Part shown: positions 12,201 to 22,944 of the stretch, piece by piece
Position numbering within the stretch: the first letter of the stretch is position 1
How the letters are laid out: each line of letters starts with the position of its first letter
Assembly: GCA_965645245.1 (NCBI GenBank)
Contig: OZ287085.1
Span: 806,001 to 870,000, forward strand
DNA length: 64,000 nucleotides
Direction of reading: 5' to 3'
Origin: Massalongia carnosa
Lineage: Eukaryota
The notes under the pieces: generated by a model
The model's input: only the letters and a program-made list of their open reading frames with translations
Told to the model about the DNA's origin: nothing
Database searches by the model: none
Made by a program: the position numbers and the translations under genes

Positions 12201-12939
12201 TGAGTTCGCCTTCAATAACTCCAAGCACTCTAGCACCGGGTTGACTCATTTCGAGTTGAACTGCGGTTATCATCCGCGGATGAGCTATGAGGATGAGCTG
12301 GAGCCCCGTTCGCGGTCTAGGGCGGCGGGGGCTGAGGTCGCGGAACTCAAAGAGCTTATGGACCTGTGCAAGGCAAACCTTAGAGGTGCACAAGAGTCTC
12401 AAGCTCGCTACCATAACAAGGCTACAAAGGATCGTGTGTACAGCCCCGGCGAGTCAGTTTGGTTGGATGGCAAGCACTTTAACACGAAGAGGAATAGGAA
12501 GCTTGGACACAAGTTCCTAGGTACATTCATGGTTATTGAGCCGATTGGCAAGCAAGCCTATCGCATCCAACTGCCACCGCGTTGGCGAATCAACGATGTC
12601 TTTCATGTGTCTCTTCTGGAGAAGAATGGCACTAAGAAGGGGGGAGTCGATAAAGAATTAGCGGAGCAGATAGAGTTCAATGAAAATGAACCAAAGGAGT
12701 ACGAGGTCGAGAGTATTCAAGATTCGGCTGTCTATGCTAGGGAGTCGGAGGACGGGAGACCTGTAGGGCTTTATTATCTGATCCATTGGAAAGGATACCC
12801 TGAGTCTGAGGATAGCTGGGAACCGTATGCGGCCATCAAGCATTTACGCAAGATGGTGAGGTTATTCCATAGGATAATCCTTCAAAATCCACCGCAAGCG
12901 GAACCCCAGTCGATTCAGGTCCTCCACGTCCTCCTCTAG
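9258..12939 (+). pseudogene. pol: Gypsy pol (PR remnant, RT, RNase H, integrase, chromodomain) with stops and frameshifts
   Basis: [14 protein letters not shown]; integrase HH...CC and ITMDFVTGLP; chromodomain YEVESI...YYLIHWKGYPESEDSWEP. Confidence 0.95.
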
Positions 12940-13423
12940 CGAAGAAATCGACGTACTCCGCGCTGCAGCCGGACTCCCCGCCTGGCCCTGTCGATGAGGC
13001 TTTGCCTTTAACCTCGCAAGTGGGGGTCGACTTGGTAACACCGCTGCGTCTAGGACGTCCCACGAGGGGTCGTCGGCAGTTAGGTATAGATGACGCTGGC
13101 GCGGCTGGGACGGTCCATACGCGCAAGAAGCCGCGAGTCTGGTCCTAAGGGACAGGCGAAGAAGTCCAATGCTGCGGCATTGGCAGTGAGTATGTAAGTC
13201 GGTGCCTAATGGCCGGAAGGGGCTGCATACTCACAAGGGGACCGTCGGCGCAGTGGATCATTCGGCTAGGCCGTACCTGTCATGACAGCGATGCCTTTTT
13301 GCCTCTGTCCCAAAGGGTCAGAGGGTTTTTATGGAGTTGTCTAGGTACGCACACTAGGTCGTCATGAGGCTATCTTTTGCAGTGCATGTCTCGGATGGGA
13401 CTCGACCATAGGAGGGAGGCAGT

Positions 13424-13907
13424 TGTAATAGGGTAGGCCTAGTATGCGTTCGTTGAACGTAAGACTGGCCTATGTGGCTATGTGGGATACGTACAGCCAA
13501 AACAACCACCAAGACAATAAGGTACCGCCTAACCCAGTTAGGCATAGTGTGGGGACTTAACTTATTATGGAGGTGTTTTCGTAGTACACGAAGTATCCCC
13601 TCGCCTCGCCTCACCTCCCCTAGCTCACCTGCCTAGTCTTATCTACCCGTGTCTTTCGGTGTCCGAAGTATTTCGGAGTCCGAAAATACCAGGTAGTATG
13701 GGCAAGGTATGGAAGAAGAGCTTAGGTTATGGATTGTCCTATCCTATATAGATCAATGATCAAGCACATCAAAAGGGTAGCATTTAGTCTACCCTTTGAC
13801 CCGACCCAACCTATTTGTACCTCTATTGTGACCATCACGTTGTGTAGCCCCTGTGGATCCCATCTTCCAGTAGTGAATGCCTGCTGGGAGAAGGTCTCCC
13901 CGTTTCA
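13424..13907 (+). repeat. 3' LTR of the Gypsy element (484 bp)
   Basis: Direct repeat of 6064-6548, preceded by a PPT. Confidence 0.97.
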
Positions 13908-14159
13908 CCTAGACTGTTATCAATTAACGGGTTCCTCGTATATTGCCCTCTTCTTGTCCCAAGGGTGTCTTATTTGATGACTAGGTTGCCTTCACCATCC
14001 CCGGTACGACTCCGGTTCGGGCTTGTTGCTCACGGTAGCCATCAATCGGATGGTTTTCATAACCCAAATCCCTTGTATCGTGTAGGGTGTGACCCTACAC
14101 TATTTGTCTATATGTTTTATTTCTTTCAGCCGGAGGGCTCCGTGTTGTAGACGAAGGAG

Positions 14160-15160
14160 ATCCGTGTGATAGACATAGCTGACCCGTGTCGTACGTCTTT
14201 AGCTCTCAGCCGATAACTGCATAAAAGGACTTAAACCTTTAAGAGTACGACTGAAGGTTGTTAACGAGGTCTATGAAAATCTTATTTACGAGGTCTTCGA
14301 GAACAATATTAACGAAGTTCCGCTGAACTCTTTTCATTTGTTTTGTGATCCATCGAGGTCTACCCGTGTCAAATCCACACCATGTCCGTGTCAAAATGCA
14401 TCATTTTCAGCTGATGACTGCAAGAAAGGACTTGAACTTCTAAAAATATGTACGCCGATATTAACGGGGTGCAGATCTGTCTTAACGAGCCCCCGCAGAA
14501 TCCCCTTCACAGGGAGATGTTATTGATTTGTGACTGTGTGTTTCGTGACTGTGTGTTTTTTGACTGTGTGTTTGTGACTGTATGTTTGTGACTGTGTGCT
14601 TTGTGACTGTGTGCTTTGTACAACGTGTGATTGATGACTATGTGTTTTGTGACTCTGTTTTTTCCTCGATTTTACTTAACAGGCCGGGCCTATTAAATGG
14701 GATATTGTTATTCTGCTCCGAGAGGGAGTTTTCTTGAGGTGACAGCATTCGCCCCGGTGCCTTTACGCGTTCTATTGATCCCAGCTGATGACTGCATAGG
14801 GAGACTTGAACTCTTAGGAGCTAGAACGCGTGTCGATTGTGCCCGGGTGGGGGATGATGCGGCTCCTTTGGTCCACATCTTCTTCCAGCTGATGACTGCA
14901 TGAAGGGACTTGAACCCTTAGAAGCATGGTGCAGGGACACGCGCATTCTACCCCCCGGCGGTTGGCCTTCGTATCCTCTTCCTACGTACGTCTGCGACGC
15001 GTGTGAACGCGTTAAATTAGCATTGTTTCGATTAGAAAAGATAGGAGCAAATCTATGTTTGTCGGTCGCTTCACGGTGAGGCCTTTGGCGTCTCTGTTGT
15101 GAGGACCGAAGGTGTATAAGGAGGAGGACCGATGGTGTAGAAGGAGGAGGACCGATATAT
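14160..15160. repeat. Unclassified repeat (second copy), with an internal CAGCTGATGACTGCAT...GGACTTGAAC motif and a ~13-bp TTTGTGACTGTGTG array at about 14526-14618
   Basis: Homologous to 1818-2330; the internal motif recurs near 14210, 14408, 14782 and 14887. Confidence 0.7.
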
Positions 15161-15299
15161 AATAATGTGATAGTAAATGTGATAGTAATTTAAATGATGC
15201 GGTAGTGCTTTAGTGATGTAGTGGTGGAAGCTTGACTAGAAGCGAATTCTTCTTCACTAAAATGTGCATAGATCAGGTGTATTAAGCAAACCACACTTG

Positions 15300-15835
15300 T
15301 TTTAATTTAAACATTTGATTAGATTTTTAAATCGAATTGCATGCTGAATTTTCGAATTCCACTAGTTATTATATGCATTGAAATATCCACATATGACAAA
15401 TTAATTTGTGAATGTTGGTTGATATTTATATAAAAGTCGGTCGATTGTATATGATTCTCGATCGTTTTGACTTTTTTCATTATAAAAGATGACAATCTTC
15501 CCTTTTCGAACTTCATAAATTGTAATCTAGATAATTTGTATATCGGAATCGTCAATAAGATCAGTTCTAGGCGTGCATTGTAATTTCGAATTGCATTTTG
15601 TGACAAATATAGCTACTCTCGAACGATAAGTAGCTATTTTCGGCATAATGCATATGAATGACGGATGAGAAATAGTTTGCTTTATCGCGTGTCCAAGGTT
15701 TCTGAAACAAAACAATATTAATTTGATTTAATAATGCATATTCTATATACGAAATCGTTGCATTCGTTGACTTTGAATAATTGTATCGAATAAATTTGAC
15801 ATTTTGGGCATTTTCGATGTTTGTCAATGGCACGT
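15300..15835 (-). pseudogene. LINE ORF2 apurinic endonuclease fragment, AT-rich
   Basis: IRYNYSKS...INIVLFQKPW resembles the APE N-terminus (QxN...DIVLxQEPW), followed by RVAIFV and RTDLIDDSDIQI. Confidence 0.65.
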
Positions 15836-16880
15836 GACCTACTTGATAAACCGCGCTCTAGAAGTTGTAAAAAATATCAAATATCAATAAAATCATTAAA
15901 AATAGATATTTTTTCTTCTTTTCTTCTGTTCTGTTGTCGCAAGACCTTCAATTATTACTATAAGAATTTTCTTCAAATCGAAATGAAACCTGGCATTTCA
16001 AGTTTTTATTATTTATCAAACAAGTGTTCTATATTGATGATGAGGATGATGATAATTCTTATTCCGATGTGGTACCGGCCGAAGGCCGGCCCATGCGGGC
16101 AACTCTATGGAATTATATAATACATGGAAAACCTTTTAAGGAAGAAAAACCAAGTAATCCGACATCTTTCCGAAAATTTTTCGAGTCTCGGTCGAGGGAT
16201 CTATCTGAAGAACAGTTGACCGGTGAGAGGTTAAAGGAAAGGAAAGTCGCCTTTTAGCGACTCGACATGTGGTTGTCAATAATATAAATGCTGTGCTGTC
16301 ATTGAAAACTGAGTTAGTAAGCCGGTCTTCATTAACCAAGCGGTGACTAGTTTTATCGCTCAGGATAAGTCGGTAATTAGTCGATAGTTGATTGTGCCTA
16401 TAGAACTTAAAATTGACTGTCTGTTGCTGTTAAGTTTGCAAAACATGATTACTTTTCTCGCGATTTGTTTCGGCCAGCCACATGGATAGTTTGGTGTTAG
16501 GACGTCGGTGACGTGATGTCTAAATAGAAAGTCGGCTAGGACTATCTTTTCTGAGCGTATCTGGATAGTTAGAGCGCTTTCAGCTTTGGCTAGAGTTATG
16601 TGTAATTTGATGCGTTTTTTGGTTAGTGGGGCTGCCTGTGCTGGAGTAGGCGTAGATTTGCGATTCTGATATATTTTCCATGAGGTCTGCCATGCGTCTA
16701 TATATCGTTTTTTTATTTTTGCGGTTATTTTACCTTGAGCAGCCCGCGCCTCTTCAATTTCTCGAGCTGTATTCGGGGGGGGGGTTCGGCCCATGTTGGG
16801 TGCGCAACCGGCGACGCGATTTTATGTGTGTCCGATATTATTTTCTTGGCCCATACGTGTTTCAGCATTCCCGGGGTACT

Positions 16881-17449
16881 TGTAACGGTTCGACCAAGCG
16901 TTGTGCGGACGGCAAGACCTACAGCGAACATAGCAGGAGTACCAGGTATAGTAGAATAGAGATTGGTCTGCGGACTAAGGATTGTGCCTTTTGGACGGGA
17001 GCATAGGTGGCACAATTGTAGAAATCTATTCACTATCTCGCTTCGTCACAGAATACTTAGCCATCAAACGGTGTACTAGTCGTGTGTTCGATTCCTGACC
17101 TGAGTTCCTCGCTTTTTCGCCTTGCTTTAACGAACTGAAGCTAGGACGAAACGGGAAAGCGTTGTATGAAAACTCTCTAAGTCGGATCGGCGAGGGCCGT
17201 ACGCTAAGAATTGCCCATTCTTCGGTGCTAACTATAACTGGAAGCTGCTATGGGCTAGCCGCAGCTAGACGAGCGGTAGTATAACGGTTCGACCAAGCGT
17301 GCTGCGGACGGCAGGACCTACAGCGAACATAGCAGGAGTCCCAGTTATAGTAGAATAGAGCTTGGTCTGCGGACTAAGTATTGTGCCTTTTAGTCGGGAG
17401 GACAGGTGGCGCAATGGTAGAAATCTATTCACTATTTCGCTTCGTCACA
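16881..17449 (+). mobile_element. TRIM (terminal-repeat retrotransposon in miniature), 569 bp
   Basis: 170-bp direct repeats at 16881-17050 (TG...CA) and 17280-17449; 229-bp non-coding interior; TSD GTACT at 16876-16880 and 17450-17454. Confidence 0.9.
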
Positions 17450-17950
17450 GTACTCGAGGGAGCTCGTTTGCGTCCAGCCCGGCCTATGAGTTTGTTTGCA
17501 ATAGAGTTGCATGTATTGAGGATGAATTTCTTTTAACCTCCCTGACACAAGTGATGTCTAGCCTGCGTCTGAAGTTGATCTAGATATATGTCAATAGGAG
17601 CTATGTACGTTTCTGCTTCCAATACCGCTATTGGGGTCGCCTTAAATGCTCCAGCTATAGTTCGTAAACATTTATTCTGTATGACGGCTAGCTTATTTGA
17701 GATGCCGTTCGATTTTTTTTATATCCTTTGGCATGTGCCATATAGTAGAACCATGGGTTTTGGCCGGGCGAACTACGGCGGTGTATATCTGGCGCGGTTT
17801 TGGAAAGGTGGCGCCCTATGTAGAGGTAGAAATTTTTATCAGTGCCCTGGTTTGTTTTCGCAGTTTTTCCTGAATCTTTCTTATATGCGGACCCCATTTC
17901 AATTTGGTGTCGATTCGGAGTCCCAAGATTCTACTATCTGTTTTTGGTTT

Positions 17951-18659
17951 GATTTGATTTGATTATTCTTACGCCGTTGTGTCACCGGCCGAAGGCCGGC
18001 CCATGCGGGAGATGCTATATAAGATATGTAATAAATAGATAACCCAAAGGTGAGAAACTACTCCTGCGTATCCGCTTCAGCGGGGGTTCGCCGCTCCCGC
18101 GGATTGATTCCTGTATCTCGAAAATCTGCGATACCTGTTTTTCAAACTGAAGAGAGACTACCCGGCTGCTGTTCAAGCAGTTGCGTGGCAATGGAATACT
18201 GTGTTAAAGTACCTGTGCGCATGAGCCACGCGGTTACTACTTTGAGAGCTTTGGGTTCGGTGATTAGCTTGTGGTAGTCTGACGAGCCTGCCGTTCGTAA
18301 GATGTGCGTTCTGTATTCGTGCAGTCTGCAGAACATGATTACATGTTTGGCTGTTTGTAAGAGGCTTCCGAAGGGACATGCCGCCGAGTTAACACCTGGG
18401 ACCTTGCGCCGATATAGAAAGTTGGCCAATCCGATTTTTTCCGTTCTTATCTGTTTTGCTAGTGAGCTTTGCGCTTTGTCTAGTAACTTGTGTGCGTTAA
18501 GCCTTTTACTGTGTATAGGCGCCTGTTGTGCGATCGTGGGATATAACGTGTGTTTTGCTTGATATGCTTTCCACTTGTTGATCCACTGATTCTCAAAGTG
18601 CTTCTTTGTTATACCGTCTCGTTGGTTCTGCGTCGTTACTTGCGCTGTGCGTTGTCTCT
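17951..18659 (-). mobile_element. 5'-truncated LINE copy with an (ATCAA)n tail and a 14-bp TSD
   Basis: Nearly identical to 2578-3175; TCTGTTTTTGGTTT at 17937-17950 and 18660-18673; the host LINE frame resumes after it. Confidence 0.88.
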
Positions 18660-19979
18660 TCTGTTTTTGGTTTAATGATGCTGTTTTTCTATCTTAACAA
18701 CAGCAGTCATGTTAAATTTCTTCGGATTTCTTGACAAGTATATCAATTCGTACTTTTTCGGTGCCAAAACCGATCCGTGCCGAATGGCCTATCTTTCGCA
18801 TTTCTTGTGAATTTCCTCTAGCGTATTGCATTTTTCTTCGGTGTTCTTCCCATATGCTAACACGTTTATGTAATCTACGAAACCTATAGCGCTCGTGTTG
18901 GTTCCAGGTCTTTTACATATGTCTAGTAGGTCTGCATTATAGAAAAGATAGAGGATAGGGGAAAAAGGAGATCCTTGTGGTATTCTGGTTCTTACTTCGA
19001 ATATGTCTATAATTCGGCTATGTATTGCTAGCGTGGTACTTCGTTCGTTTTAAAAACTGTCTACCCAGTCAGTAAAGTAATATATTTTGGGATTTTCCGT
19101 TTGCGCAGGTTATGGATTAAACGTCTATGTGACACTATATCATAAGCTCGTGCTACGTCTATGCTCAACAGAGTGGCTACTTTGTCGTTGTATTGTCCCC
19201 ATACTTGGTAGATTTGTTCCGTTAACAATTCCAATGCAGTTTCTGTTGCTCTTCCTCTTCTGACACCTATCTGGGTATCGTGTAAAAGTCGGTGTGTTTC
19301 CGCTATGTGGGTGATTTTCTTGGACATGATGGATTCCATAACCTTGCCAAGCGTGTTCAGGAGCGCTATAGGACGATAGGCGTTCGGAGCCGTATAATCA
19401 TCTTTATCTATCTTTCTCATTGTGATTGTCTTTGCGGTCTTGAACGCGCGTGGATGATACACCTGATCTATGCATGCTTGAAACAAAGGAGTTAGTTTAT
19501 CGGACAGCATTTCGGAGCACGCCTTTATAATTCTATTGGTTATTCCGTCCGGACCAGTGGCCGTTTCAGGCTTGAGTCGGCGTATCGATTCTGTTACTTC
19601 CGATCTGGTTACGATTATAGGACAGTGAGGAGGACTAGGATAAAAGGAGCCCTTTATGTCGCTGAGATCGGCAGGAGGTACAGGTGGAAAGAATTTCTGT
19701 TTCAGCATCTCAGTTTTTTCCTCGAACGTGGAAGCTATTTGATCGTCTCGGGTAAGGCTAGACATTTTTGGAATTTCTCTTGGCTTCTCACTTTTATCCT
19801 TCGCCCACTTAGCCAGCCGCCATAATCCCGTAGGCGATTCAGTAGCTTTTTCTATTTCCTTGCGGAACGATAGTCACTTGGCTTTTTGAATTATTTTTTG
19901 TTTTCTATGATTAGACTTCGTGTACGTTATCCAATCTTAAAGATCTCTTCGGGTCTGAATAGCCTCCAACTTTCGAATT

Positions 19980-21236
19980 ACCATATCGGGATTGTAAGGC
20001 ACCAAACTCGTGTTTCCGAATGACGATAATATAGTAGCAGAGGTGAATGTTTGATTTCGCATGCGCTGAAAAGTCGACAAAAAGTCGAGTTTGTCGAAAT
20101 CTGCCCCTCCGAGTCGTACCAGTTCGTCAATGCCTTCGGAATGATAATTTTTAAATAGCTGGAAACATCTTACATCTTATGGCTGAGTGAGATGTGTTGA
20201 ATGAGGCGGCAAACGAAACAATTCAATCTGATTTCGTTTGACATATGTAAAGAACTCGTATGTCATATGAGATCCATATCCGTCTATAATCAACATACGC
20301 CAGGCACCTACCTGACCCTTTCAACTATGTTTATCAAGCTGTTTCAGCCAATCAATGGCCTAGTCATTATTGGAATAGCAGGTAGGACTAATAGTCAATA
20401 AAATATCGTCATTCAGGTCGTTCTGCTGCGCCCATTTTTCAAGAATCAAAACCCCCGCAATAATCAATATTAGGGGAATGTCTCGACCACCAGGACTAAT
20501 ACACTTACAGGAGTTGACGTATTCTCTGTTATCTGGGTCTGTCAACAATAGAGGCTTTCTGGAATGACCTGACACCACACAATGAGCCCTGCCACAGCCA
20601 ATTCGAAAGCCTATTTTATCTATATTCCAAACATCCTCGTCCACTATTCCCCGCGCCTCGCGTGCAGCCCGAAATACCTCGAAGTATTCACATATTTTCT
20701 TTGCATTGTGCGCGTGTTTTCGCTCGGCCGCTAAAGGTTTTTGTTTTCGTTTGAAGAACTGAGGATTGCGATTGAGGAAACGTTTGGTCTAAGAATTGCT
20801 GACAATAGGAAGGGGAGTGAAGGTGTCTAAATAGGCTTCTCGAAGTAGATAATTGGCAGCTCCAGGAACCATTGGAAATCTGGCTGATTGTTCAGCTTGA
20901 TCGAGCATTCAAATGTAATCACAAATAGCTAATTCCTGTTTATCAGATAACGCCTTGTTTGGAGGAGTTCGGCCAATGCGCGAACCTCCTCCAGCAAGTC
21001 GTCTTTGAAGAGTACAAACATCCACGTTAAAATCAATGGCTGCTGCGCGTATACTTCGAAATTTTCCTGTGTCCCACGCGTTTATAGCGTCAACAACTCG
21101 ATTCTCCTTATTAGAATATGAATTAGTCATAGTGGTAGTGGATGAACGACGTGGTGGAAATAGTAGTAAAAATGGAAAAGGGTGTCAGTAGGCTGAATGC
21201 GTCAGTAGGGTGAAAGACACTAGGCCCTGACTCGGT
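19980..21236 (-). mobile_element. Fot1/pogo-like DNA transposon relic, 3' end missing
   Basis: HTH (SIRAAAIDFNV..TLQRRL), VWNIDKIGFRIG and DDE_1-type fragments similar to 30575-32290; probable end ...GACTCGGT|TA. Confidence 0.8.
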
Positions 21237-22054
21237 TAGGGTTTATTGTCTTGACATGATTACCGTTAATGCGACGTATATTATAGTAAAACGACTCTTT
21301 ATAAGACTAACTCTATAAGGGTTATCTAAAAATCTATATAGTACTGAAAGAGTAACCCTGCTACTTTGGGCAATACTACTTCATTCGGTTTGACTTAACC
21401 TGAAAAAGTGAAGGCGGCTTGCGGAACAGTACTGAATTATCAAATAATGCGGAAAGGACGCCGTACGGAAAGGACCAAAAAGAGGCACCTCATTGCGAGC
21501 ATGCATTTCATCATATGATATCGTAAAACTTTGCAGACCTATTAATCATATCAACAATAGTCAATATCTCGAAACTTGCGTGCTTTTCGCCCGTTTGCCG
21601 TGGGAGGAGGTCTCTTCGAGAATTATCAGATTTTCTTTGAAATTATCCCTAGGAGGTTTAGCGCGGACTCGATTGGGATTTACGGTGCTTTCGGTATTGT
21701 TTACCTATTATCGCAGCTCTTTTCATCCTAGCCTTTTTACCGCAGCTTATTTCACCGCTGAATCTCAACGTGAACTCGATACAGGAATATTAACGGAAGA
21801 TATTTTGACGAAAAAAATTGACGATGATATAGATTAGACTTGAGACGGACGAGCTTATAATCACGTCAAACGACATATAATAGAAAATCGGGTTGGAAGG
21901 GAGAAAACGGAGTCGATTATTTTTACGCTTCTAGAGCACCTCATTTTCGACAGCTTCGAGAAAATAGATGAATTCAAGATGCACGAGACCAAAAAGCTAA
22001 AGAAGCTATGCGAAAAGCGGCGGAAAAAGAAAATTGATAATGGGGGAGGTAGAT

Positions 22055-22615
22055 ATTGAGGCTATTTAAGAGGCTATCTGATAGCTATTTAGGAAACTAT
22101 TTGGGAGGCTATTTGAAAGGCTATTTGAAAAGCAGCGGAGATTATCTAAGAGACTATTTGGGAGGCTAATTGAAATTTTATTTGGGAGGCTATATGAGAC
22201 ATTATTTGATAGCTATCTGGGATGCTATTTGAAGAGTTATTTGAAAAGGTGCGCAGAATATCTGGAAGGCTATTTGGGAGGCTATTTGGGAGGCTATATC
22301 TGAGGTTTTTTGCGAGGCTATTTGAAAGGCTATTTAGGAGTCTATTTGAGATGCTATCTGAAAAGCAGCGGAGACTATTTAGGAAGCTATTTGGGGGAAT
22401 ATTTGGGAGGCTATTTGGGAGATATCTGAGAGATACTTGGGAGATAATTGAAAGGCTATTTGGGAGGTTATTTGAAAGGATTTTTGGGAGGCTTTCGGGA
22501 GGCTATCTGGGAGGCTATTTGAAAAGCAGCGGAGACTATTTGAAAGGCTATTTAGGGGCTAGATGTGGGGCTTTATAAAAATCAGCGGAGACTATCTGGG
22601 AGACTATTTGGAAGA
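22055..22615 (+). repeat. 12-bp minisatellite (GGGAGGCTATTT), degenerate
   Basis: Dozens of imperfect copies, with a recurring higher-order GAAAAGCAGCGGAGA unit. Confidence 0.9.
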
Positions 22616-22944
22616 TGGTTTGATAGATGCTTTAGCGGGTGCTAAGGAGGAGATAGCGCAGGGCTGTTGCGGAGCGAAGCGGAGCAGGTCCGGAGCAGAA
22701 ATCAGAGATATTTGAGATTCGAGTTAAAAGGAGACTCTGGTTGCAGGTGATCGCATTGACTATATGGCTATCGAGAAGGAAAAGAGCAGACTTTTCACTA
22801 AAGGGCAAAGCACGCTAAACCTAAAACCTTCCTAGAGAATATTAGACTAACCGCTATCCACGTTATGAGGCAGTGAGCCCAACAAGCTATTATAACCATA
22901 ATCGCAACCGCCATTCAACATTCCCCCTGCGGTGCGATACTATC

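Larger units (their letters stand above)
6064..13907 (+). mobile_element. Full-length Ty3/Gypsy chromovirus LTR retrotransposon (coding region decayed)
   Basis: Paired TG...CA LTRs; TSD CCTAG at 6059-6063 and 13908-13912; domain order gag-PR-RT-RH-IN-chromodomain; PPT GGAGGGAGGCAGT at 13411-13423. Confidence 0.97.
16035..19980 (-). mobile_element. Tad1-clade LINE (5'-truncated ORF2, 3' UTR, (ATC)n tail); host of a TRIM and a short LINE
   Basis: RT fragments 19061-19765 (GPDGI, YRPIALLNTLGK); C-terminus at 16360-16794; 3' hairpin CCGGCCGAAGGCCGG near 16076. Confidence 0.88.

Noticed and set aside
22222..22578. LFGR-repeat ORF
   Set aside because: A by-product of the 12-bp minisatellite; no independent coding evidence.
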